Shown here: positions 42,960 to 55,140 of the stretch, in pieces
How the letters are laid out: each line of letters begins with the position of its first letter
How positions within the stretch are numbered: position 1 is the stretch's first letter
NCBI GenBank assembly: GCA_951406725.2
Contig: OX597829.1
Coordinates: 16,926,001-16,990,000 of the forward strand
Direction of reading: 5' to 3'
Origin: Octopus vulgaris
Taxonomy: Eukaryota
DNA length: 64,000 nt
The notes under the pieces: generated by a model
Database searches by the model: none
What the model was told of the DNA's origin: nothing
The model's input: the letters and a program-made list of their open reading frames with translations, nothing else
Position numbers and translations under genes: made by a program

Positions 42960-43795
42960 GTGATGTGTGTCTGCTGTGGTGTTTATCTGGTTGACTGGTT
43001 CCTTCAGCCTCACAGCAACGGGCTACTCTGCTCTTCTATCTTCTGACTTTAGCAAGGATGGGATCTTGAAATAAGTTTGCGCCACAGTTGCGCAGGTCAT
43101 CTTTTAAGGTGGATCTTCAGGTTTTCTTTGGATATTTCCATCAGCTGGTAACCATGCCATTGCAGTTCTTGCTAGGATATTTTCCTCCATTCGTAGGATA
43201 TTCTCTTCCACCTGCATTCTTCTACCTTTGATGACAAAATTCAGGCATGTGGTATTGGATCTTTGTAGCACCAACTCGTTTGCGATCTTTGTTTTGCCAT
43301 CTAATGCCCAGGATTTTTCAGAGGTATCTTTGCTCGGAAATACCAGCTTGTTTTTCAATTCTGGTGGTCAGCAGCATAAATTGTTGTACTACTACTTGTA
43401 CTTGTGGCGACATTCACCCTGGGTGGGTTGAGTCGGCTTCTTCTACCACCCTCGAGGCATCTCGAACCATAGCGTCGGAAGAAGTTTCGTAGGAATATGA
43501 ATATCACAAGCGGTCCAACAATCCCGCATGTAGAGACATCCTGTTTGCCGCAGATTGTCCGCAGACGCAGGGACAGAACGACCGAGGAGCCGCCGGTTGC
43601 TGAAACAGACACTCCGAGGACTTTCACTAGAGCCCTGTCTGCCGGGTTGTGGCCCTAATACCACACGGTGTCAGAGCAATCCGCCTTGGGTGGCCCTACC
43701 AGGTACCAAAGTTCCCGACGGCATAGCTCTGACACTACCCGTTGCCAGCGTGCCCACCACGGTGGGAGGGGATGGACTTTGGGGACGCAGAAGAA
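42960..43795 (-). mobile_element. Internally deleted RTE-like element (5' leader joined to 3' end)
   Basis: Leader motif agagctatgcc...cctggtagggccaccca resembling RTE 5' UTRs, followed by ILRMEENILARTAMAWLP...RK C-terminal remnant; no APE/RT between. Confidence 0.55.
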
Positions 43796-43944
43796 GATTG
43801 TTGTTGAGGAAACTTTAATTTGGTTTGTGATATGAGCCTTTGTCTATCCTTTAATTTAGATTAGTTTCAGCATAGCTGTGATTTTTACACAGCATTTTGA
43901 ATCTTGATAAAGTGTCTTAAAGATTTTAACATAACGATCGAGGA

Positions 43945-44172
43945 TACCTATTTCTTTACTACCCACAGGGGGCTAAACATAGAGGGGACAAACAAGGACA
44001 GACAAACGGATTAAGTCGATTATATATCGACCCCAGTGCGTAACTGGTACTTATTTAATCGACCCCGAAAGGATGAAAGGCAAAGTCGACCTCAGCGGAA
44101 TTTGAACTCAGAAAGTAACGGCAGACGAAATACGGCTACGCATTTCGCCCGGCGTGCTAACGATTCTGCCAA
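43945..44172 (-). mobile_element. SINE family A, near full length
   Basis: Reverse complement of 22658-22885. Confidence 0.9.
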
Positions 44173-44473
44173 GTGACTTGCGGCGATGCTCTCAAAGACT
44201 GTTTTGAAGGAAACATGATTTTTCACTACTGGGGTTCTATACTTCAGTGATTCTTCAATGATGTTCATTAGTATAAAAATGTATCCATCGCATGAACTTC
44301 CTTCTCAAAACTCTGCCTGTTTTTCTCTATGTTTATGGTTCAGTTCTTGTTGTAGTCTTTCGAGCAGCAGCCAAAACATGATTTTCGGGTAAAAATTAGA
44401 AGAATTATGTCTCACCAATTGTCACAATCGGCAAGTACTCCATTTTTTAAAGATTTTGGCACTCTTTTACAAT

Positions 44474-44879
44474 TTTACTCTTTTACTTGTTTCAGTCATG
44501 TGACTGCGGCCATGCTGGAGAACCGCCTTTAGTCGAGCAAATCGACTCCAGGACATATTCTTTGTAAGCCTAGTACTTATTCTATCGGTCTCTTTTGCTG
44601 AACCGCTAAGTTATGGGGACGTAAACACACCACCATCGGTTGTCAAGCGATGTTAGCGGGGGGACAAACACAGATACACAAACATATACACACAATTATA
44701 TATATATACATATATACGACGGGCTTCTTTCAGTTTCTGTCTACCAAATCTACTCACAAGGTTTTGGTCGGTCGAAGGCTATAGTAGAAGACACTTGCCC
44801 AAGGTGCCACGCAGTGGGACTGAACCGGGAACCATGTGGTTGGTAAGCAAGCTACTTACCACACAGTCACTACTAGGCC
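44474..44879 (-). mobile_element. SINE family B, full length
   Basis: Reverse complement of 57461-57868. Confidence 0.9.
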
Positions 44880-44892
44880 TCCAAATGTGTGA

Positions 44893-45007
44893 CGCTTACA
44901 GCACCTAGGTTTCCCAAGCGGTCACCTATCTAAGTAGTAACTAGGCTCGACGTTGCTTAACTTCGGTGATCGGACGAGAACCGGTGCTTTCGACGTGATA
45001 TGGCCAC
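44893..45007 (-). pseudogene. 5S rRNA pseudogene
   Basis: Minus strand ggccatatcacg..gaaagcaccggttctcgtccgatcaccgaagttaagcaacgtcgagcc...gggaaacctaggtgctgtaagc; box C mutated (tagataggtg), 5' end altered, no oligo-T terminator. Confidence 0.9.
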
Positions 45008-45429
45008 CATTTATGTTCCAGATTATCTTTCCGATTTCTGTCAGCTTTTCTATGATGATATCTCCATCATATTTTGGGAACCCTGCAGCTATGGAATCTA
45101 ATTCAGAGGATTTGTTGTTCTTCTAGGCCTTCGTTTCCACGCACATCTCTTCCTTTCTCATATCGCCGAAGAGTACCTCTGAAATATTGATGTCATTTTC
45201 TGATCTCTCATCAAGTTCTAAAGATGATGTTGACCGGTTTGAGAAAGGAGGAAGGCTAGGTGTAATATCGGTAACTCTACCCAGTAAAAAGAGCCACACA
45301 CCGCAGAAACAACTATAAACTTCCAAAATCTTGAAAGAAACTAGCAAGGGAGTTAATGACAAATTCAGCATGGAATGATGGTAACAACCCCGGATGAAAG
45401 GCCAAAGGACATCCGGATCATGACTACCT

Positions 45430-45960
45430 AAGTTTTCAGGGCCAAGCAAACCACAAACATCGCTACTTTGAATGCTCGTACATTATATCAAAGAGGAAAG
45501 CTGACCAAGTCGTTAAAAATTGACCAGACACAATCTGAAAATACCGAGATTGGCTAAAATGATTTTGACGTGGATTGGCAAAGTTAAGCAGGAAAGCGGA
45601 ACCAGCTTGTACTGAGGTCATACAGATAATCACCGAAGTGGTTTTGGCATTCTGCCAAGGAAAGAATCTATTAAATCACTGATTGTTTTGACTTCTGTAT
45701 ATGAACGCATCATAAGAGCTCATTAACTGACCAGGCGTAATATAGTTTCTATCATTCAAATCTACTCTCCAACAGAGTTAGCTAGCGAAGAACATGAAAA
45801 TACGTTCTACAATCAACTTGAAGAAAAGTTGGACAACAACTCCACGCTGTCATATCCAATCCAACGGCTGACTTGTGATCTTAGTGTCAAGATAAATAGT
45901 GATTGTAAAGGCCAAAAGAATGTTATCGACACTTTTGGTTCTGCCAAATACTTCGGTGAT
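45430..45960 (+). mobile_element. LINE APE endonuclease relic (RTE-like)
   Basis: NIATLNARTLYQRGKL and SIIQIYSPTE..SEEHENTFYNQLEE motifs. Confidence 0.7.
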
Positions 45961-46046
45961 AGTTAAAAGAGGTTAACTTTTCATTCAGCTTGAATAGACA
46001 TTCTATTTGTATGTGTGTGTACGTATATATGTATGTATATATATAC

Positions 46047-46117
<71 letters not shown>

Positions 46118-46297
46118 TATATACATATTTATTGTATATGTAATACATATATTTATATATATATATAATACATATATTTATATATATATATATATACATA
46201 TAGTAAAAAGGGTAATAAAATAAATTATTATTACCAGTGATCTAGCACAAAAGAATATATATATATGAACTTTCAATATATATATATATAATACATA

Positions 46298-46807
46298 ACG
46301 TAAATCCTCGAGTATAATCTGCATTTTTTTCCCCGAAATTTAAAGGTCAATATCCCTAGTGCGTACTATATACAAGGATAAAAATGAAAATTATTTTCTA
46401 AGCAATATTCGAGTCTCTATTTGCTGTCCGGCAATGTTTATTCAGACGCATTTTGTGATGTCGGGTGCGAAAATAACTTAAGCTAAACCAACCTGAAAGC
46501 AATGAAGTCATAAAAGAATCATCCATAACTTGCAGTAAGCAACATTTATTAAAATAAAAGTGTTCAGAACACAGAATAACATGTAACAAAAACAATTTGC
46601 AAATATATTTACATTCCCATATAACAGTTAAGAACAATGACCATTATTGTATTACGCATGCGCGGAAGCGTTTGCTCGACTAGGTGCTGCTGGTTTAATA
46701 ACGCACGACTCAAGTTAGAGAAAGGGTTTAGGCCTTTCAGAGGTACAGCCCCTTAAAAATCCCCTGCGAATTATACTCAAGAGCGGTGTATACTCAAGGA
46801 TTTATAG
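46298..46807. mobile_element. pogo/Tc2-like non-autonomous DNA transposon
   Basis: TIRs acgtaaatcctcgagtataatctgc / gcggtgtatactcaaggatttatag with TA on both sides. Confidence 0.7.
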
Positions 46808-47106
46808 TATATATATATATATATACCTGTATATATGTATATATATGTATATATATATATATTGAATAAATACATACATATATATATATTGCATGTGTGT
46901 ATACACACATACGCATACACGCACACGCACACGCACACACACACACACACACACATGACATAAATGCAGACACACTGACTCAGATACACGAATACAATTC
47001 ACGATCAAGAAAACAATACCAAAACTTTAATATAACAAAAGAACGATATATATATATATACACATTTACAAGTATATATACAAATACAAGCGCACCCCAT
47101 CCACGT

Positions 47107-47139
<33 letters not shown>

Positions 47140-47460
47140 CCCACATTCATACTTACATATATGTACATTGAATGGAAATATTTCCTTAGTAATTTGATGC
47201 ATGGGAAAATGTTTAACTCAACAATTTAAATCTCGCTTAAATGTGTGTGTGTATGTGTATGTGTGTGTGCGTGCGTGTGTGTACACACACGCGCGCTCAC
47301 GTATATATAAGCATATTTGTGGTGTGTATTTTGGTTAAAAAATACCCCGTAACGCGCGTTTAAGAGCTTCCATGCCGTTGTTCGGCTACCACACGTTATT
47401 ATATCTCAGGGTATCTCTGGGTATAGGTATACATGCTGAACTCCTTTCTGCTTTGGATTA

Positions 47461-47562
<102 letters not shown>

Positions 47563-47608
47563 CAATAATAATAATAATAGTAATAATAATAATAACAATA
47601 ATAATAAC

Positions 47609-47690
<82 letters not shown>

Positions 47691-47810
47691 ATAATAATAA
47701 TAATTATAATAATGATTTCAAATGTTTGTCACATCGCATATTGGGGGAGGGGATTAAGTCGATTACATCGACCCCAGTGCGTAATTGGTACTTATTTAAT
47801 CGACTCTTCC

Positions 47811-48268
47811 CTCGAGAGAAGATACTTATTCAAAGAGAAAGGATTTGGGATTGTAATAGAAAAGTTAAAACAGTATATCAGCAATAAGCAGGCAAGTTTT
47901 CCAGATATCAGAAAAGAATATATGACTATCAATAGAATAGATTATTTGAGACAGACCAGAGGAAATTTTATAACCAAATAAATAGTGAAAAAGGAAGTAC
48001 TGAAGATGAGAAACCTAATGCAGAGGAAACTAGAAAGTTCTGGAGTAATATTTGGGATAAACCAGTCAATAATAATGGAGATGCAGTATGGTTAAAGAAA
48101 GTGAGGGAAGAAGTAATGAATGAGAAACAGCCAGATCTAAGATTAACTAATTCATTAATGAGTAAAGTGTTAAGGACAATGCCGAATTGGAAGGGCCCAG
48201 GACCAGATTTAGTTCAAGGGAATTGGCAAAATAAATTTAGAAGTTTTCATGGGAAGCTGAGAGAACAA
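47811..48268 (+). mobile_element. R4/Dong-like internal fragment (pre-RT region)
   Basis: NRLFETDQRKFY, RKFWSNIW, MPNWKGPGPDLVQG.W. Confidence 0.85.
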
Positions 48269-48355
48269 TCGCACGTTTTGGAAATCAGCACATGTTTTCA
48301 ACAGTTTTTCTTATAAGACTGACAGAGGTAGTTGAGTTTAACCCAAGGCGTTAAG

Positions 48356-48411
48356 AGCCGATGATGAGGCTTAAAATGGTCTACATAAAAATCCGAAATC
48401 ACGATCCGGCT
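48356..48411 (+). ncRNA. Type I minimal hammerhead-like motif (one core substitution)
   Basis: agccg / atgatga / gg...cc / gaaa / atc-ac-gat / c / cggct: stem I perfect, AUC triplet. Confidence 0.55.
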
Positions 48412-48731
48412 ATATACGCTGGGAACTTATCTTCTTTTGTCAGTCATTTAAGACAGTGCTTTTGTGATTGAATTTAACTCTTACCTTTAGCAAAAGCGGC
48501 TATAGTCAGTACCCTCTGTCCCTTTTGTGGCCTCTTTTAATTCTGCCTTTAGGTTCTGATTGCTAATAAGCCACTTTTTTTAATTTGTTACACACACACA
48601 CAAAAGAATAAAGATTGTTTGCCAACATAACATGGTAGTTCTGGTTTAGGACTAATGTTGCTGTAATTTAGCCCCAGGAGGCATCGTCTCCAGCTGGCTA
48701 TACGACACGATCTGTGTCCTTATGCTTACTT

Positions 48732-48788
<57 letters not shown>

Positions 48789-49383
48789 TCACACACACAC
48801 ATATGTAGAGAAACGCATGTTGAGATACCTGTTACATTTAAATTCATTCTTTTCACTTTAGGTGAATCCTGACTGTTTCTCCTTCTGTTTTAGCTTTTTG
48901 TTGAACACGTCTCCCAGGTTTTGTGGACAACTGGGAATAGATAAAAAAAATATTACACCGAACAAAAAAAAACCTTGGGTAAGATCTGCATTGTGTATGT
49001 AAGTATGTATACATTTATATATGTAAGTTTGTATGAATATGTTTGTAAGTATATATGTATCTAAGAATGTTTACATTTACCTGTGTGCATATACGCATGC
49101 ATGTACATGTGTATGTATACATGTATGTATCTTTTTTCTTGGAGATTTATGATCTTCACAGAATTCCAGCCGGACACTAACAAAGTGATAATGCATATTT
49201 TTCTTTTCTTTTATTCTGAGCGAAAATTGTTCAGATGATTTATGAACGTTTGAATAAGCTAGTGTGTACGTCTATGTAGGTTCGTGTTTAGGTGATATTC
49301 TTGCAATCGTGTAATGGGTATGTACATTGTGTACATATTTGTCTGTGTGCTCACGGGCCTATGTATGTATGTATGTATGTATG

Positions 49384-49710
49384 TAGCAAAAAAATAGCAA
49401 AAAAAGGCATTAAAAATGGAAAAAAAATTATGGTAATTTTTTTTTAAATCGTTGACTCATAGTAGACATTTTTAGAGTGTTACTTCCCTTATATAATAGC
49501 GAAAAAAATGCATTAAAATGGAAAAAATGATGGTAAATTTTTTTAAATCGTAGACTCATTAGACGCGCGCTAATACCCAGAAGGGCTCGATATGAATCAC
49601 GACTATAAGATACCCGGTTTTGGTTAAACTGCACCGCAAAATGTGGGAGTAGTTAGGAATCTAAATCGTAGGAGACAGACAGCCCACAACCTTACTTTTA
49701 TATATAAAGA
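49384..49710 (-). mobile_element. Non-autonomous Helitron, 3'-truncated
   Basis: Highly similar to 23530-23849. Confidence 0.85.
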
Positions 49711-50092
49711 TATCGTGTTCTACTGTGTTAGCAGTGCTATTAAATCTCTACACGTTCCTTATAGAAATTATAACCAGCACTGATATGTTACGACGTTTCG
49801 TATCCGAAGACGTCTAATGTGAACAACAACGTGATCGAAGATGGAGAAATGGGCAATGGTTGTATATGCTATATTTCAGTTCTTCTTCCTTCATCAACAT
49901 CTATAGAAAGTCTGTAAAGATTCTAGTTCTAGATTTTGATGAAATCTGCTATTAGATGTATCAGTGAACCACAGTAATAGTCAATGACAGCAAATGGAAA
50001 TATGTTGTCCAGATAGAAAGCCTGTAATATACTCCTTCACTCACCATAAAAGAAAAGTTTTGTTTTTCCTTATCATTGTATACACGCCCAGG

Positions 50093-50535
50093 GTGACAAG
50101 CTGACAGAAACGTTAGCACGCCGGGCGAAATGCTTAGCAGTATTTCGTCTGCCGCTACGTTCTGAGTTCAAATTCCGCCGAGGTCGACTTTGCCTTTCAT
50201 CCTTCCGGGGTCGATAAATTAAGTACCAGTTACACATTGGGGTCGATGTAATCGACTTAATCCATTTGTCTATCCTTGTGTGTCGCCTCTATGTTTAGCC
50301 CCATGTGGGTAATAAAGAAATAAGAAACGTTAGCATACCGGACAAGGTGATCTGCATAATTTCGGACGTCTGTGCGTTCAGAGTTCAAATTCCGCCGAGG
50401 TCGACTTTGCTGGGTTTGTGCAAGAATTTGAAATCAATCTTTCTAAGATTCTAAGGCGGCGTGGTGGCAGAACCGTTAACACGCCGGGGAAAAATGCTTA
50501 GCAGAGTTCAAATTCCACCGAGGTTGACTTTGCTT
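50093..50535 (+). mobile_element. Nested/tandem SINE family A copies
   Basis: Full copy plus two partial heads; agaaacgttagca duplicated at ~50107 and ~50324. Confidence 0.85.
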
Positions 50536-50591
50536 TTAAAGGTATTTTTTAATATGCTGGCCATTGATAAAACTTTTTCGAAAATTTTTAT

Positions 50592-50651
<60 letters not shown>

Positions 50652-50656
50652 TATAT

Positions 50657-52270
50657 ATCAACAATAAAGGAACGGCCATAATAGGCCATTCATCCACTAG
50701 AAATAACAGCCAAAGCTTCAACCGCAAATAAAAGTTAATTCAGTAAACCAGGAGAAAATTTAAAAAACATTTACCCTGTAATTTCTTATACGATATACCG
50801 TTTCATCTGCTGATTAATGGTAAACTAACCTGATTAAATTAAATCAAGCCAATCTTCCACAGGCCCTCAGATTCTTCAGTAAGAAATATATTTTCACGAG
50901 GCATTTCCGACGTTGCCAAGTTTATATCTGACCTAAAATTTTCAAATCGTCGCACTCGCGCCAAATTTATCGGCAGCAAATAAATATAAGCCGTCGATTC
51001 CATTACGGAATTAACCAGAAAATTCATAATTAATCAATATAGGGTGGCAAAAATTACAGGGTAAATGTTTTTTAAATTTTCTCCTGGTTTACTGAATTAA
51101 CTTTTATTTGCGGTTGAAGCTTTGGCTGTTATTTCTAGTGGGTGAATGGCCTATTATGGCCGTTCCTTTATTGTTGATGTTGAACTTAAAAATGGTCTAT
51201 GACTATTTTAATTTTTTCCTACTAGGCCGCTGGTAGCAAAAGAATTCTACAAAATTTTTTTGCCACCCTATATTGATTAATTATGAATTTTCTGGTTAAT
51301 TCCGTAATGGAATCGACGGCTTATATTTATTTGCTGCCGATAAATTTGGCGCGAGTGCGACGATTTGAAAATTTTTAGGTCAGATATAAACTTGGCAACG
51401 TCGGAAATGCCTCGTGAAAATATCTGTTCCGTCTTGGGCTATTTCTTACTGAAGAATCTGAGGGCCTGTGGAAGATTGGCTTGATTTAATTTAATCAGGT
51501 TAGTTTACCATTAATCAGCAGATGAAACGGTATATCGTATAAGAAATTACAGGGTAAATGTTTTTTAAATTTTCTCCTGGTTTACTGAATTAACTTTTAT
51601 TTGCGGTTGAAGCTTTGGCTGTTATTTCTAGTGGGTGAATGGCCTATTATGGCCGTTCCTTTATTGTTGATGTTGAACTTAAAAATGGTCTATGACTATT
51701 TTAATTTTTTCCTACTAGGCCGCTGGTAGCAAAAGAATTCTACAAAATTTTTTTTTTTTGCCACCCTATATTGATTAATTATGAATTTTCTGGTTAATTC
51801 CGTAATGGAATCGACGGCTTATATTTATTTGCTGCCGATAAATTTGGCGCGAGTGCGACGATTTGAAAATTTTAGGTCAGATATAAACTTGGCAACGTCG
51901 GAAATGCCTCGTGAAAATATCTGTTCCGTCTTGGGCTATTTCTTACTGAAGAATCTGAGGGCCTGTGGAAGATTGGCTTGATTTAATTTAATCAGGTTAG
52001 TTTACCATTAATCAGCAGATGAAACGGTATATCGTATAAGAAATTACAGGGTAAATGTTTTTTAAATTTTCTCCTGGTTTACTGAATTAACTTTTATTTG
52101 CGGTTGAAGCTTTGGCTGTTATTTCTAGTGGGTGAATGGCCTATTATGGCCGTTCCTTTATTGTTGATGTTGAACTTAAAAATGGTCTATGACTATTTTA
52201 ATTTTTTCCTACTAGGCCGCTGGTAGCAAAAGAATTCTACAAAATTTTTTTGCCACCCTATATTGATTAA
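50657..52270. repeat. ~495-bp tandem array (~2.5 copies) preceded by an inverted ~0.8 copy
   Basis: aaattacagggtaaatg at 51051, 51544, 52041; 50657-51052 is the reverse complement of the unit. Confidence 0.95.
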
Positions 52271-52305
52271 TAAATATAAATATATATATATATATATATA
52301 TAATA

Positions 52306-52403
<98 letters not shown>

Positions 52404-53660
52404 ATATAAAATATATATATATACATATATACGTGAACATACACACACACACACACACACGTTATGTAAGCAGGCATAGATAGAGTTGGAATAAACGTTA
52501 TTCCAACTTAAACGTGGGTGTTCAGTTTGAACAAACATCGCTTTTTAAGTGGGAATAAATATTACCTCTCGGTATTAATGCTGTTCCTGTCGTTAATATA
52601 TAAATAGTTAAGTACGCCTGTATGTATGTATGTATGTATGTATGTATGTATGTATGTATGTATGTATGTATGTATGTGTGTATGTATGTATGTATGCATG
52701 TATGTATGTATGTATGTATGTATGTATGTATGTATGTATGTATGCATGTATGTATGTATGTATGTATGTGTGTATGTATGTATGTATGCATGTATGTATG
52801 TATGTATGTATGTATGTATGTATGTATGTATGCATGTATGTATGTATGTATGTATGTATGTATTATGTATGCATGCATGTATGTATGCATGCATGTATGT
52901 ATGTATGCATGTATGTATGTGTGTGAGTATTTGTGTATGTATGTATGTACGTATGTATGTCAGTGGAGCATCGTGCAATGAGGTTGACCCTAAAACCATA
53001 TTGTTTCGAAACTATTTCCTTAAACACATAATCATAACATACAATCGTAACTGATCCTATTCTGATAAATTTCTTCCTCATTCTTCTTAGAGAGGAGAGA
53101 GGGTGGGCGGAAATGCCCTGGAATTAAAAGAGAAATAGAACATGAGAATCAGTGAGTGATATTCTTTCATGGGAAATATAAAGGCATGCTCGACAATCTT
53201 TTCGGAAATATAAAAAAATTATAAATTGAACGGTTTTTTTTAAGGTTGAGTTGAGAGATAAATCTGCTGTCGGATTGAGCTGATAAGAAATATATACCCT
53301 TCTTGATATGATGTTTGCTACTTACACAGAAATTGCTGCCGTTGTTATCGCTGTTGTTGCTACTGTTGTATTTGTCTTTGTTATTGTTGTTGTTGTTGTT
53401 GCTGCTGCTGTTGTTGTTTACACCAGATCTACTCCCGTTAGTTCGTTTACGCTTGAGGTATTGAACTTAGCTAACCAGATAATGTCAATGAACTGTAGTT
53501 TTTGTTACCGCTTTCAGCGTGAAATACGTAGCACCCTTTTGATACCTACTTACATATAGCTAGATTAGGCTGTTGACAGTTAAATATCTTAACTCAGGGC
53601 CCAGTTCTTGGAACCTTACATCATGCTGCGGTGACTGCTCACATCCAAATAGGATTGATT

Positions 53661-53866
53661 AAGCTCCATACGGTTCCGGCAGAAGGTAATGGCGAAACTT
53701 CTGCTGACTCTTTCGCCACAACTTTCTCTCACTCTTTCCTCCTGCATCTTGCAGCTCACCTTCGACGGACCGGCGTCCCGTCCAGGTGGAGAACCTAGAC
53801 GCCAAGAATCCGGGAAACCGGCTCTTATGAGCCAGGCATGGCTCGAGAAGGAACAAACATCAACAA
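53661..53866 (+). mobile_element. SINE family C, 5'-truncated, tail type 3, with 14-bp TSD
   Basis: TSD aaataggattgatt at 53647-53660 and 53867-53880; matches 59254-59556. Confidence 0.9.
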
Positions 53867-54287
53867 AAATAGGATTGATTGGTTACCATAGACACAGTAC
53901 AATGAAATTGTACATCTGGAAAAGATAAACAGCTGACAGTTAAGTATGTTAGTCATTGACACTGCAGAGTAAACTATACCGTGCCATAGTGTGGTACCCG
54001 CTCACAGTTTGGTGGAATGAAATGATGGTGGTTAAGTACATTGGTCACAAACACGGATCAACGAACTGTACCAATCTGTGGAACCTATTTTCAAGTAGGA
54101 GCTCTGGGCTTCCGGTAGTTAAGTGTCTTGGTAGTGACAAAATATAGCTGTGTCATACAAATGTATATTTTACTGTATTGTTAAATAGTATGGATTGTTG
54201 ACAATGAAGTGCCTTGGTCACGGGTACAACACAGGGAATTATACCACTCTCTGGTATTTTCTCTCAGGTTACCTGTGGTGTTGTGAA

Positions 54288-54600
54288 GGCGCATGGCTCA
54301 ATGATTAGAGCGTTGGGATCACAATCATGAGGTGGTGAGTTCGATTTCCGGACCGGGCTGTGTGTTGTGTTCTTGAGCAAGACACCATATTTCCCGTTGC
54401 TCCAGTTCACTCGGCTGCAGGAATGAGTTGTGACGTCACTGGTGCTAAGCTATATCAGACTTTGCCTTTCCTTTGGATAGTCGACCTCGACGGAATTTGA
54501 ACTCCGGTGGCATAATGAGGGGAGGCTGGTATGCATGGACGACTGTTGGTCTTCCATAAACAACATTGCCTTGGGGGGTAACTTTCTAGGTGCAATCCCC
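54288..54600 (+). mobile_element. SINE family D, 3'-truncated
   Basis: Aligns to 33611-33913. Confidence 0.85.
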
Positions 54601-54712
54601 TCATCTTGTTTGTTGTTAACACAACGTTTCAGTTGAAATACCCTCCAGCCTTCATCAGGTGTTTTGGGGAAATTTCAAACGTGGGTTTTCATCCCTAATG
54701 TATTTTTCGATG
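54599..54712 (-). mobile_element. SINE family E body with intact hammerhead core (54618-54663)
   Basis: Minus strand aacac-ctgatga-aggctg..caact-gaaa-cgtt-gtgtt. Confidence 0.8.
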
Positions 54713-54727
54713 TGGTTATCATTATTA

Positions 54728-54877
<150 letters not shown>

Positions 54878-54934
54878 TCATTATTATTATTATTATTATC
54901 ATTATTATTATTATTATTGTTGTTATTATTATAA

Positions 54935-54968
<34 letters not shown>

Positions 54969-54991
54969 CATTATTATTATCATCATCATCA

Positions 54992-55032
<41 letters not shown>

Positions 55033-55078
55033 ATTATTATTATCATTATTATTATTATTATTGTTGTTATTATTATTA

Positions 55079-55115
<37 letters not shown>

Positions 55116-55140
55116 CATTATTATTATCATCATTATTATT

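Noticed and set aside
44893-45007. Functional 5S rRNA gene
   Set aside because: Solitary copy, mutated box C, broken terminal helix, no T-run terminator
50657-52270. CRISPR-like array or coding repeat (62-66-aa ORFs)
   Set aside because: Eukaryotic context, no spacers; ORF is frameshifted in one unit and has no motif
53960-54150. Possible decayed zinc-finger coding sequence (also 57100-57330 on minus)
   Set aside because: Only scattered Cys-containing words, stops in the relevant frames, no C2H2 spacing
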